Assembly (NCBI GenBank): GCA_016219005.1
Contig: JACRCN010000079.1
Span: 20,710 to 84,709, forward strand
DNA: 64,000 nucleotides
Reading direction: 5' to 3'
Origin: Deltaproteobacteria bacterium
GTDB taxonomy: Bacteria; Desulfobacterota; Desulfobacteria; Desulfobacterales; SpSt-501
Shown piece after piece: positions 1 to 9,283 of this stretch. Position numbers and translations under genes: made by a program. The notes beneath the pieces are model-generated. The model ran no database searches and had not been told where the DNA came from. It was given only the letters and a program-made list of their open reading frames with translations. Position 1 is the stretch's first letter. Each line of letters starts with the position of its first letter.

Positions 1-1494
1 TTTCAACATCTTCTCGTATAGCTCGATGTATTGCCGTGCCGTGTGCGCATGGGTGAACGTTTCGGCGCTTTCCGTCATGATGCGCTGGATCTGCCGGGCC
101 TTCACCCGGGCCGGGAGATTGTAGAACGTCATCGCCTCCGAGATGGCCCAGAACAGGCCGTTGGCGTCGAAGGTCTTGAACAGAAAGCCGTTGCCGGTGT
201 CGGCGGCCACGTTCAGGTGCTGGATGGTATCGTGAATGCCGCCCGTGTCGTGGACCACCGGCAGCGAGCCGTAGATGGGGGAGATCATCTGGGGCAGGCC
301 GCAGGGCTCGAAGCGCGAGGGCATCAGGATAAAGTCGGAGGCGGCGTAGGCCAAATGCTCCATCTGTTCGCTGAAGTCGCAGATGGCGACCCGCTTGTGA
401 AACTGGTGGTGGTTGACGATGTCCTGGAAAACCCGCTGGTGGTCGCCGTTGGCCACGAAGACGATCTGCAGATTCTGATCCCACCAGGTGGAGATGACGC
501 CATAGAAGATCTCCGCCAGGAGCTGGCAGCCCTTTTGCACCGGGTCGAGGCGTGACGGCCAGAAGAAGAGCGGCGCCTTGGCGTCTTCGATCAGGCCGAG
601 GTTGCGCTGGAGGAAGCGTTTGTTTTCGCGTTTGGCTTCGGGGTGATCCTTGGGCTTGTAATTCCTTTTGAGGTCCTTGTCGGTCTTCGGATCGAAGGCC
701 GGGTCGGGCGCGTTCAGAATGCCGAACGCGCATTCCGCATAATACTTATTGGCCAGTTCGCGGCGGATCTGCAGCTCGATGAAAGGGTGTTGCCCCTCCA
801 CAATTTCGACCAGAAAGGTGGGGCTCACGGTGTTGACGAAGTGGGCGGCGAAGATGCCGCTAGTCAGGAAATCGACCGGGTTGCTGTCCCGGGCCGCCTC
901 GTAAGCGGGGGCGTAGTTCATGTAGTAGAGGTGCTGCCAGAAACTGGCGGCATCGATGCCGCGGTCCTCGATGAAGGCGAGGGTGCTCTTCACGGTGTGG
1001 ATGTTGTGAATGGTGAACAGGCAGGGAATCCGCAACCGGCGGGCGACGGACGGGATGAGCCCGGTCATCCAGTCGTTGCAGTGGATCAGGTCGGGCTGCA
1101 CCCGGGGGATGATGTTGTTGACGACCTCGCGCTGGAAGGCGAGCGCCATCTTGACGTTTTCGTCCCCGTAGCGCGAGTACACCCGGTTGATGTAGAAGAA
1201 AGCGCGGTCCTCGGCCAGGTGGACGCGGTCATCCGGCATCTTGCGTTGGATGCTCGTGATCTCCTCCTTCAAAAACGGGACCAGGCGGTCGCTGAAAATG
1301 GAGCGGTAATCCGGAAGCGCCACGTGCACATCGGCGCCCTGATCCAACAGAGCGCTCACCAGGGCCGCCGACACGTCGGCCAGACCGCCGGCCTTGGCGG
1401 TGAAAAAAGAGGCCAGGTTCCCCATGCGGTCGGGCAGATAGGTGACTTCGGGGGTCACCACCAGGACTCTGGGATTGCGGCGCGGGGACTCCAT
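1..1494 (-). CDS. glgA: Glycogen synthase (GT5), 3' end runs off the window
   Basis: Not in the ORF track. Manual minus-strand translation from ATG 1494 (after AAGGAAG): MESPRRNPRVLVVTPEV...KAGGLADV, HCNDW, PSRFEPCGLPQM, ...ARQYIELYEKMLK at the window edge. Confidence 0.9.
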   Translation of the reverse strand, partial: MESPRRNPRVLVVTPEVTYLPDRMGNLASFFTAKAGGLADVSAALVSALLDQGADVHVALPDYRSIFSDRLVPFLKEEITSIQRKMPDDRVHLAEDRAFFYINRVYSRYGDENVKMALAFQREVVNNIIPRVQPDLIHCNDWMTGLIPSVARRLRIPCLFTIHNIHTVKSTLAFIEDRGIDAASFWQHLYYMNYAPAYEAARDSNPVDFLTSGIFAAHFVNTVSPTFLVEIVEGQHPFIELQIRRELANKYYAECAFGILNAPDPAFDPKTDKDLKRNYKPKDHPEAKRENKRFLQRNLGLIEDAKAPLFFWPSRLDPVQKGCQLLAEIFYGVISTWWDQNLQIVFVANGDHQRVFQDIVNHHQFHKRVAICDFSEQMEHLAYAASDFILMPSRFEPCGLPQMISPIYGSLPVVHDTGGIHDTIQHLNVAADTGNGFLFKTFDANGLFWAISEAMTFYNLPARVKARQIQRIMTESAETFTHAHTARQYIELYEKMLK

Positions 1495-1521
1495 GATGCA
1501 CTTCCTTTCGGTTGAGCCGCG

Positions 1522-4077
1522 TTATTCCGAGGCCCAGGTGAGCAGGCCGGGCGTGAACTTCAGCCAGGAGTCGCCCCGGGGGGTGGCGCGAACCGAAAAC
1601 CCGAAGCGGCCGGCCGTGTCGCAGGCGAGTGCGCAGCCATAGAGGTAACGCCCGTCGCCCCGATCCTCCAGGACCTGCATGGCTTCCACGCGGCTGTCGC
1701 TGAGCTCGGAAAAATTCTTGTACAGCCCGTAATAGAGCTCGATGTCCACCTCGTCCGGCCGCAGCTCCCCGAGCGTCACCGCGGAGGTCACCTGAATGGT
1801 GTCCCCTACCCGCTGAGTGCCGCGAGAGTCGCGGGCCGCGGCGCCGACCGTCACATTTTTCCACTGCGAGCGCACCCGCGCGACCTGCTCCGCCAGTCGC
1901 CGGGCCTCGGCAGCGCCGTCGGCGAGGAGCCGGTCGTGAAAACGGCCGGCGGGGGCGTAGAGCTTGTCGACATATTCCATGACCATGCGCAGGCTGCAGA
2001 ATTTCTCCATGGCCATTTTCATGGAGGCCTTCATTTTCTCCAGCCAGCAATCGGGCAGGTCGCCGCTCTTGCGTTCGTAGAAGCAGGGCACCACCTCGTT
2101 TTCAAGGAGGTTGTACAGCGCCTGGCTTTCCACGGCGTCCTGATAGGCGTGGTCCTCGTATTCCTCGCCGTTGCCGATGCTCCAGCCCACGGACTCGCGG
2201 TAGCCCTCGCACCACCAGCCGTCGAGGATGCTGACGTTGAGGGTGCCGTTGATGGCGGCCTTCATGCCGGAGGTTCCGCAGGCTTCGAAGGGCCGCCGCG
2301 GGGTGTTCAGCCACACGTCCGCGCCCTGCACCAGGTGCCGCGCCAGGTGCATGTCATAGTTTTCAAGGAAGATGAATTTGTCCCGCACGGCCGGCCGGTT
2401 GGCGAACTGGAACAGCTGCTTGATCAGGTCCTTGCCCTCGTTGTCCCGGGGGTGGGCCTTGCCGGCGAAGACGAACTGGACCGGGTGGTTTTCGTTGTTG
2501 ATCAGGGCCTCCAGGCGCTGGGGGTCCTGGATCAACAGGAAGGCCCGCTTGTAGGTGGCAAAGCGCCGGGCGAACACGATGGTGAGAACGTCCGGGTCGA
2601 GTACTTTTTCGACCGCCTCGAGCACCTTGCGCGGCGCATTGCGCCGCCGGTACTGGTAAACGAGCTGCTCGCGGCAGGTGCGAACCAGGCGCGAGCGGTT
2701 CGTTTCATGCGCCCGCCACAGCTCCTCGTTGTAGATCTCGTCTATGAGCTTGATGTTTTCCGGACGCTGGGACCCGAGGTACCAGTCGGGACCGATGTAC
2801 CGGTCGAACAGGTTGCTGAACTCGTGGCTGACGAAGGTGGCGATGTGAACGCCGTTGGTGATGTGCGAAATCGGGATTTCCTCGACCGGCCGTCCCGGCC
2901 AGACGTGGGCCCACATCCGGCGGGCGACACTGCCGTGAAGTTGGCTCACCCCGTTACAGGCGGCCGACAGGCGAACCCCCAGGATGAACATGGACAGCGG
3001 CCCGTTGTCGTGCGTTCCCGGCGGTTGGCCCCAGGAGAGCAGCTCCGTCTCGGAGGTGCCGAGTCGCTCGGCCAGGGGCTTGAGGTAGGGCCTGACCGTG
3101 TCGGCGGGGAACTCGTCGTGCCCGGCGGCCACGGGCGTGTGCGTGGTGAACACCGTCGTGCGCGGCACGATCTGCAGGGCCGTCTCGAGGTCGACCTTTT
3201 GGTCCTCCACTATTTGGACCAGGCGCTCGATGCCCGCAAACGCGCAGTGGCCCTCGTTCATGTGGACGATCTTGGGTTTGATGCCGAGGGCTTGAAGTGC
3301 CCGCATCCCGCCGATGCCCAGCAGCACCTCCTGGAGCAGGCGGATTTTGGATTCGGCGGCGTAAAGCCGTGCCGTGATTTCGCGATGCTCCGGCGGGTTT
3401 TCCAGGATATTGGTGTCGAGCAGGTACAGCGGCACCCGGCCCACCTGGATCCTCCAGACGACGGCCTGCACCAGGCCGTCGGCACCGCGGACGGTCACCC
3501 GGATCTCGTTGCCGGTGGTATCCCGCATGCGCTGGATCGGCAGGCTGTAGAAGTCGGTCTCGGGGTAGGCTTCCTGCTGCCAGCCGTCGTGGTTGAGAAA
3601 CTGCCGGAAATATCCCTGGCGGTACATCAGGCCGATGCCCACCAGGGGCAAGCCCAGGTTGGAGGAGGCCTTCAGGTGGTCCCCGGCCAGGATCCCGAGG
3701 CCTCCGGCAAACAGGGGCAGGCTTTCGTGCAGGCCGAATTCCATGGAAAAATAGGCGATGGACTCCCCGGAGACGAGCGGGAGATCGACCTCGATTTCCG
3801 GGAGATTGACCCGCCTTTCATAAAGGACCTTCACCCGCTCAAGCTGGGACAGGTAGCTGGAATCCTTGGCGAGCTTTTCCAGGCGCATCTGGGGGATCCG
3901 GGTCAGAAACGGGATGGGGTTGCGACCGCATTCGGCCCACAGGCGCGGGTCGATGCGCCGGAACAATTCGACGGCCTCCCGCGTCCAACACCACCACACG
4001 TTACGGGAAATATCCTCAAGAAAAGCGAGGTTTTCAGGTATGTTCGGTTGTACCTGGTAGGACTTGAAATTCAGCAT
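1522..4077 (-). CDS. glgP: Alpha-glucan (glycogen) phosphorylase
   Basis: 851 aa; AYFSMEFG, GGLGILAGD, ARRFATYKR and the PLP-lysine motif EACGTSGMKA. Confidence 0.95.
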   Translation of the reverse strand: MLNFKSYQVQPNIPENLAFLEDISRNVWWCWTREAVELFRRIDPRLWAECGRNPIPFLTRIPQMRLEKLAKDSSYLSQLERVKVLYERRVNLPEIEVDLPLVSGESIAYFSMEFGLHESLPLFAGGLGILAGDHLKASSNLGLPLVGIGLMYRQGYFRQFLNHDGWQQEAYPETDFYSLPIQRMRDTTGNEIRVTVRGADGLVQAVVWRIQVGRVPLYLLDTNILENPPEHREITARLYAAESKIRLLQEVLLGIGGMRALQALGIKPKIVHMNEGHCAFAGIERLVQIVEDQKVDLETALQIVPRTTVFTTHTPVAAGHDEFPADTVRPYLKPLAERLGTSETELLSWGQPPGTHDNGPLSMFILGVRLSAACNGVSQLHGSVARRMWAHVWPGRPVEEIPISHITNGVHIATFVSHEFSNLFDRYIGPDWYLGSQRPENIKLIDEIYNEELWRAHETNRSRLVRTCREQLVYQYRRRNAPRKVLEAVEKVLDPDVLTIVFARRFATYKRAFLLIQDPQRLEALINNENHPVQFVFAGKAHPRDNEGKDLIKQLFQFANRPAVRDKFIFLENYDMHLARHLVQGADVWLNTPRRPFEACGTSGMKAAINGTLNVSILDGWWCEGYRESVGWSIGNGEEYEDHAYQDAVESQALYNLLENEVVPCFYERKSGDLPDCWLEKMKASMKMAMEKFCSLRMVMEYVDKLYAPAGRFHDRLLADGAAEARRLAEQVARVRSQWKNVTVGAAARDSRGTQRVGDTIQVTSAVTLGELRPDEVDIELYYGLYKNFSELSDSRVEAMQVLEDRGDGRYLYGCALACDTAGRFGFSVRATPRGDSWLKFTPGLLTWASE

Positions 4078-4236
4078 GGTGTTAACTTTTCTTCTCGTTA
4101 CCTCAAATGGAGGATAGTCGATTAGGGTTTAGAATATATGGTAATTCTTAAAAAATCAACTTGGCTGACATGTGCGCATTTACAAGAGCGACCCAGCGTC
4201 GGATCACGGCCGGGGCGCCCTTTTTCAACACCCTTG

Positions 4237-7200
4237 TCATTGGTTTTCAGAAAGCTTGACCCACACCCGCACCCACTCGCTCGCCCCCCAGGCCTGGGCA
4301 TCGCAGCCGCGGCTAGTGTGGGGGTAATCTCCATCGAGGACTTCCGGCAGATGGTCGAGGCAGCCGGTCTCCACCAGCCGGATGCTGCTCGTGAGCCAGG
4401 CCAGGGCCGTCTGGCGTCCCGCTTCACCGTAGGTCATGGCCCAGGCCTCGCAGTACGACGGGAACGGCCAGGTCCAGGCGGTGCCGTTGTGGTAAGCCGG
4501 CTTGCGGCGGGTGTCCTCATCCCCGGTGTAGCGGCCCCAGTAGGGCCGGTGGGGGTCGTTGAGCAGGTTGCCGCGGAAATGCACCGGCAGCGGGTGACTG
4601 ACGGGTCTGTCGGCCAGGCTGCGGATGGCGCCGGGGACGAGCAGCTCCTCGCACGCGTTCAGAATCTGCCGGCGATGCTCGTTTGCGTCGACCGCGCCCA
4701 GGGTGATGGCAAACAGCTGGTTCGACCGGATGTGATCATCCGCCGTCGCCGTGCGGGCCGGTTGCCCCGGGGCGGCGTGCAGGCAGTCGGACAGACATCC
4801 GAGCGACGGCTGCCAGAAGAGTGTCACCAGGGATTGCCTGACCCGTTGGGCCAGGGCCGCCCACCGGCGGCTCTCCTTCTTGTCGATTCGGCTCAGGAAG
4901 GAGAGGGCTGCGTGCCAGAAGACCTGGATCTCGACCGGGTAGCCCTGGCGTGGACTTCCGGCCGGAAAGTTCGTGTCCATCCAGGTGAAGTGGGACGGGC
5001 TGAAGATCAGCCCCGAGTCCGGGTCCATTTTGACACCGTTGGGCGTGCCGGCCATATAGGCATGGACGATGGCGCCGAGCACCTGCCGGACCGTGCGGCC
5101 GCCGCAGTCGCTTTTCAGGAAGCCCCCGCCGCCTTCCGCGGCCGCGAGCTCAGCGCAGGCCACGGCAAACCACAGGGGCGCATCCGAAGTGTCCCGGTTG
5201 CCGGCATCACTGCCGCGGATCATGTTGGGCAAACTGCCATGGTCCTCGTACTGCCCGAAGAGCTTCAAGACCGCGCGGGCTTCTTCGAACCGGCGGGCCG
5301 CGATAAGCCCGCGTGCGAAGATCAGCGAGTCGCGGCCCCAGTCTAGAAACCACGGGTAGCCGGCAATCACCGTCTTCAATCGGCCGCGGCGGACCACGTA
5401 GTGATCGAGGGCTTTCGTGAGCACCTCGAGCGGCGTGAAGCCGGCCGGCGCCCGGGTTTCAAGCGGCGAGCGCTCCGGGAGCAGGTCGGCGGCACCGGAG
5501 GCCGGCGCCGGTGGTGGCCTTGGCGCCCCCTCCGGCCCCGCCTCGGCGCACAGGCTCACGGTCTGGCCCCCCTCCATTACGGCTTCGAAATAGCCCGGGC
5601 TGAAGAGGTCCGAGTCGGCGTCTTGGCCGCGCTCGGCGTCCTGGCGACGGTGCACCATGTAGTTCCACTCAGGCTCCCGCACGAACCGGCCCGGCGTGGT
5701 CTCCATGCACAGGCGGTGAAGCGCGTCCGGCTGGAAGGCGAACCCGCCGGGGATGTCGCTGAGCGCGGCCCGGAAATGGTGCTCGGGGCCGGCGAAGGCC
5801 TTGGTGGTGTCGTGGTAACTCCGGTTTTCGATGTCGGGACGCAAAACGAGGCGCACGGGTGTCGCATCCGCCAGCCGCGCGGCGTCCTTGCCGGCGCCGT
5901 GCCGGTGAAAGGCGATCCGGATGGCGTTGCGGCCCGGCACCATGTCGAGACCGATCGTGAGCATCACGTGCTGCCCCTGGCCGCTCGGGATCTTGTAGCG
6001 CCAGAAGGCGCCGCCGCTGTTGCCCGCGGCAAAGGCCTGGAGGCAGTCGAGGTTGATGTCCTGGGAAAAGCCCTGGTAGACCAACCAGGCCCGGCAGCGC
6101 GTCAGCATCACCCAGCGGTCCTCGGGGTGGTCGGAGTCGAAATTGGCGGCAAGCAGGGCGTCGTAGCGACTGGCGAGTGTGCCCCAGGCGACCGGCGCCC
6201 ACAGCATCGCTCCGCGGCCGTTGGTGGCGAGCATGCGCAGCGGCTGCCTGAGCAGCTCGACTCTTCCGAACACCCGCTTCACCCGCGCCTTCTCCGGCCG
6301 CGGCAGCAGCAGCAGGGGCGCCTCGGCGTGGCGCGTGCCGCTCGCGGTCTGGACCGCCAGCCGAAGGCATATGCGCTTGAGGGTTTTGGGGGTGGAGGGC
6401 GGCAGAAACAGGCTGAAAAACGAGCCGTCGGCGGCGCGCAGGCCGTCCTCGACGGCGAGGGTGCGGCTCTTCTCGGTGAGGCGTGCCCGGAAGCCCCGGT
6501 CGGATCGGATCAGCAGAAAGTGGCCGGGCGGAAGCATGACCTCGCGCGCGATGTCCCGCGGCCACTGCCACGCGACCACACGGCGTTCCGCACCCGGCGC
6601 GTCAAGCCCGGCGCAGAAGGCGGCCGGGTCTTGCCCGAGCGCTACGGCGGCCGGGTCCGGGTCGAAGTCGCCGATGTCCTGCGTGCCGCGGTGGAAGGTG
6701 ACCACCTGCAGGGCTTTCGCCCGCAGGCGCTGGTGCTCGATGCGCGGCGGCAGCGCGAAGGGATCGGCCGGCGCGGACTGCAGCAGCGCGAGGTCGGATG
6801 GCTCCGGGCTGAGGCAGAGCACCTGGCCGGGCGCGAGGGCGCAGGTGTAAAGCCCGCCGGACGCTTGCACGGTGAGCGGGGCCTCCGTCAGCAGATCCGT
6901 GTACGTTTTCTGGCGCAGGCCGGCGGTTTCCGGGTTCCACGAGGCCGCGGTCCCATGGTCGGGGTCGAGGTTGACGAGCACGAGCAGCCGCCGGTCCGTC
7001 GGGAGATGGCGGCGCAGGATCACGACCTGGTTCCCGTCGCCCTGTTCGATGAGCGTGACATTCGTCCGGTCGTGAAACGCCGGGTGCAGTTTGAGCAGCC
7101 GTGTCAGACGGCGGATCTCGGCTACCTGGTTGACCGGGCAGCCCCAGTTCAGGGGCACCGCCTCGTGCACGTTGATTTTTTCCGCGGCGAGCCACTCCAG

Positions 7201-8556
7201 CCCGTTGGCGAACCCGAATGCGCCCGACGGGGAGGCCAGGGCGCAGAGCGCGGTGCGCATGCGGGCATACGTATGGGACCGGGCGGCCAGGCGCAGGTTG
7301 TCGTGAGTTTCGGCGAAGTGCACCGTGAGACCGTCGGCCGCGGAGATCCCGATCGCCTCCGGCAGGTAACGCTCGATCTGGCTGCGGTCGTAGTTCTGGA
7401 ACAGCTCCGAATAGGCCCAATTGAGGTTGGCGGTGTTCAGCAGCTGCCGGGTGACCGAGATCTTCCCGCCTAAGCCCTCCAGCACGAAGGTCGTGTCGGG
7501 GAACTGCTCCCGCACGCGCGCGACGATGTACTTCCAGGCCGCGTGCGGGACCATGTAGCCGGCGTCGCAGCGGAAGCCGTCCACCCCGCGTCGGCACCAG
7601 GTGAGGAAGGCCTCCGCCATGAACTGCCACAACTCCCGGTGGCGGTAGTCGAGCTTGGTCAGGTCCTCCCACTGCACGCCCCAGGCGCCGGGCACCTCGA
7701 TGCGGCCCTCGGAGGTGCGGCTGAGCCACTCCGGGTGGTTGGTGTGCAGGTTGGCGGCCCAGCCGGTGTGGTTGATGGCGATGTCGAGGAAGACCCGGGC
7801 ATTGCGGCGGTGGATGGCGTCCACGAGTTCGACGAACTGCTCGGTCGGCGTCGCTTTGGGGTCGAAAACGGCCAGAGCCGGGTCGACACTCCTGAAACTC
7901 AAGGCGGCATACGGGCTTCCGAACCGACCCATGCGGCCGTAGGTGGTGGGCGTGGGGTGGATCGGCAGCAGCATGAGGATGCGGCAGCCCAGCTCGCCGA
8001 TGATGAAGTCGAGCTCCGCGATGAGATCCCGGAACGTCCCCGAAGGCGGGATCACGGTGAACCGGGCGGCGTCGAGCAGGCGGATGCACTCCTCGCCGGG
8101 CGCGGGCAGGGCTTTCGTTCCGGACTTGTTCGGTCCGAACTGCCGCACGAAAGCATTGTAAATGGTGTTGGCGCAGCAGGACTCGGCCGGCTCGATGTTC
8201 ACGGACGTGTTGGCGCCGGGAGGCCAGATGGGGCTGGTTTCGCCCTGCGTGAGGAAGAAGCACTTGGCTTCGAAATGACCCACCTCGCTCAGGGAGAGCC
8301 GCACTTCAAACCGGCTTGCGGAGACGCGCGGCATGGGGGTGTCGAACCAGTCCCGGCCCAGCGGGGTTTCCTGGAAGTGGACGCCGCGGATGATCTCGGC
8401 GCGGGTAACCTTTGCATGGCCGATATTGGTGCGGATCCAGGCCGACCCCCGCATGTCGTCCGGGACGGTCAACGCGAAGGTGAGAACGTCGCCGCAAAAA
8501 CAGACCGTGCTCTGGCCGGGCGCCGGTTCCTGGAGGAGGGCAGTGGAATGCTGCAT
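4237..8556 (-). CDS. Glycogen debranching enzyme: N-terminal GH13-like module fused to amylo-alpha-1,6-glucosidase
   Basis: 1439 aa; GH13-type motifs DIAINHT and GVDGFRCDAG; C-terminal IAGYPWFLDWGRDSLI, TWMDT, YHNGTAW, GCDAQAW. Confidence 0.88.
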   Translation of the reverse strand: MQHSTALLQEPAPGQSTVCFCGDVLTFALTVPDDMRGSAWIRTNIGHAKVTRAEIIRGVHFQETPLGRDWFDTPMPRVSASRFEVRLSLSEVGHFEAKCFFLTQGETSPIWPPGANTSVNIEPAESCCANTIYNAFVRQFGPNKSGTKALPAPGEECIRLLDAARFTVIPPSGTFRDLIAELDFIIGELGCRILMLLPIHPTPTTYGRMGRFGSPYAALSFRSVDPALAVFDPKATPTEQFVELVDAIHRRNARVFLDIAINHTGWAANLHTNHPEWLSRTSEGRIEVPGAWGVQWEDLTKLDYRHRELWQFMAEAFLTWCRRGVDGFRCDAGYMVPHAAWKYIVARVREQFPDTTFVLEGLGGKISVTRQLLNTANLNWAYSELFQNYDRSQIERYLPEAIGISAADGLTVHFAETHDNLRLAARSHTYARMRTALCALASPSGAFGFANGLEWLAAEKINVHEAVPLNWGCPVNQVAEIRRLTRLLKLHPAFHDRTNVTLIEQGDGNQVVILRRHLPTDRRLLVLVNLDPDHGTAASWNPETAGLRQKTYTDLLTEAPLTVQASGGLYTCALAPGQVLCLSPEPSDLALLQSAPADPFALPPRIEHQRLRAKALQVVTFHRGTQDIGDFDPDPAAVALGQDPAAFCAGLDAPGAERRVVAWQWPRDIAREVMLPPGHFLLIRSDRGFRARLTEKSRTLAVEDGLRAADGSFFSLFLPPSTPKTLKRICLRLAVQTASGTRHAEAPLLLLPRPEKARVKRVFGRVELLRQPLRMLATNGRGAMLWAPVAWGTLASRYDALLAANFDSDHPEDRWVMLTRCRAWLVYQGFSQDINLDCLQAFAAGNSGGAFWRYKIPSGQGQHVMLTIGLDMVPGRNAIRIAFHRHGAGKDAARLADATPVRLVLRPDIENRSYHDTTKAFAGPEHHFRAALSDIPGGFAFQPDALHRLCMETTPGRFVREPEWNYMVHRRQDAERGQDADSDLFSPGYFEAVMEGGQTVSLCAEAGPEGAPRPPPAPASGAADLLPERSPLETRAPAGFTPLEVLTKALDHYVVRRGRLKTVIAGYPWFLDWGRDSLIFARGLIAARRFEEARAVLKLFGQYEDHGSLPNMIRGSDAGNRDTSDAPLWFAVACAELAAAEGGGGFLKSDCGGRTVRQVLGAIVHAYMAGTPNGVKMDPDSGLIFSPSHFTWMDTNFPAGSPRQGYPVEIQVFWHAALSFLSRIDKKESRRWAALAQRVRQSLVTLFWQPSLGCLSDCLHAAPGQPARTATADDHIRSNQLFAITLGAVDANEHRRQILNACEELLVPGAIRSLADRPVSHPLPVHFRGNLLNDPHRPYWGRYTGDEDTRRKPAYHNGTAWTWPFPSYCEAWAMTYGEAGRQTALAWLTSSIRLVETGCLDHLPEVLDGDYPHTSRGCDAQAWGASEWVRVWVKLSENQ

Positions 8557-8833
8557 GCAAGGACTCCGCGCTGAATGTCAAAGGTTAAACGCGCTCGAAA
8601 AAGGGATGGCGTGCGTTGCGCCGAACGCCCGAGACCGCGATACCCAACGAACAATAGACCCAGCCCCCATGCATAGAATACCCTAAAACGCTTCAGGAAA
8701 AAAGTGCGAATGTCAGTGAGTTTTCCCTTGCAAATTCATGAAAGCGCGCTAAGCTGATTCCCAGGCGTGTTGCAGCCTGGCGGCCTATCCCGGCCCTGCT
8801 GCGTTCAACCTGAACCCTGAAGGAAGAAGTCCG

Positions 8834-9277
8834 GTGTTGCGAAAAACCATCTTGATGATCGTTTGGATTTTCATCGCGGCTATCGCGTGTCCATTGCCGA
8901 CCCATGCCCAGAGCCCCTCGCGACCGGCAGCCGGCAGCCCGGCCCCGACCTCCAAGGCAACCCTGATCCAGGCCATCGTGTGCGAAGACGTCAAGGACGG
9001 AATCCCCTACAACGCCTCGGTCGCCTTTTCGATTTCCGCCGGGAAAATCTACTGCTTCACTTTCTTCGACAGCATCGTCGAGGACATGCCGATCTATCAC
9101 CACTGGATCTTCCGGGACAGGCCCAGCGCCCGGATCCGGCTGGGTCTGAAGCCTCCGCGCTGGACCACCTTCAGCAGCATCCAACTGCGGGAGGCCGACA
9201 AGGGCCCCTGGCGGGTGGAGATCACCGACGCGAGTGGGCGCGTCTTCAAAATTCTGCGTTTCAGCGTGACGGATTAG
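8834..9277 (+). CDS. Exported DUF2914-like protein
   Basis: Signal peptide, then KIYCFTFF...HHWIF...RWTTFSSIQL...GPWRVEITD, a pattern typical of DUF2914. Confidence 0.7.
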   Translation: MLRKTILMIVWIFIAAIACPLPTHAQSPSRPAAGSPAPTSKATLIQAIVCEDVKDGIPYNASVAFSISAGKIYCFTFFDSIVEDMPIYHHWIFRDRPSARIRLGLKPPRWTTFSSIQLREADKGPWRVEITDASGRVFKILRFSVTD

Positions 9278-9283
9278 CGCCGC

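Noticed and set aside
8565-8690. CGCTGAAT suggesting a c-di-AMP (ydaO) riboswitch upstream of cdaA
   Set aside because: The remaining conserved elements were not found.
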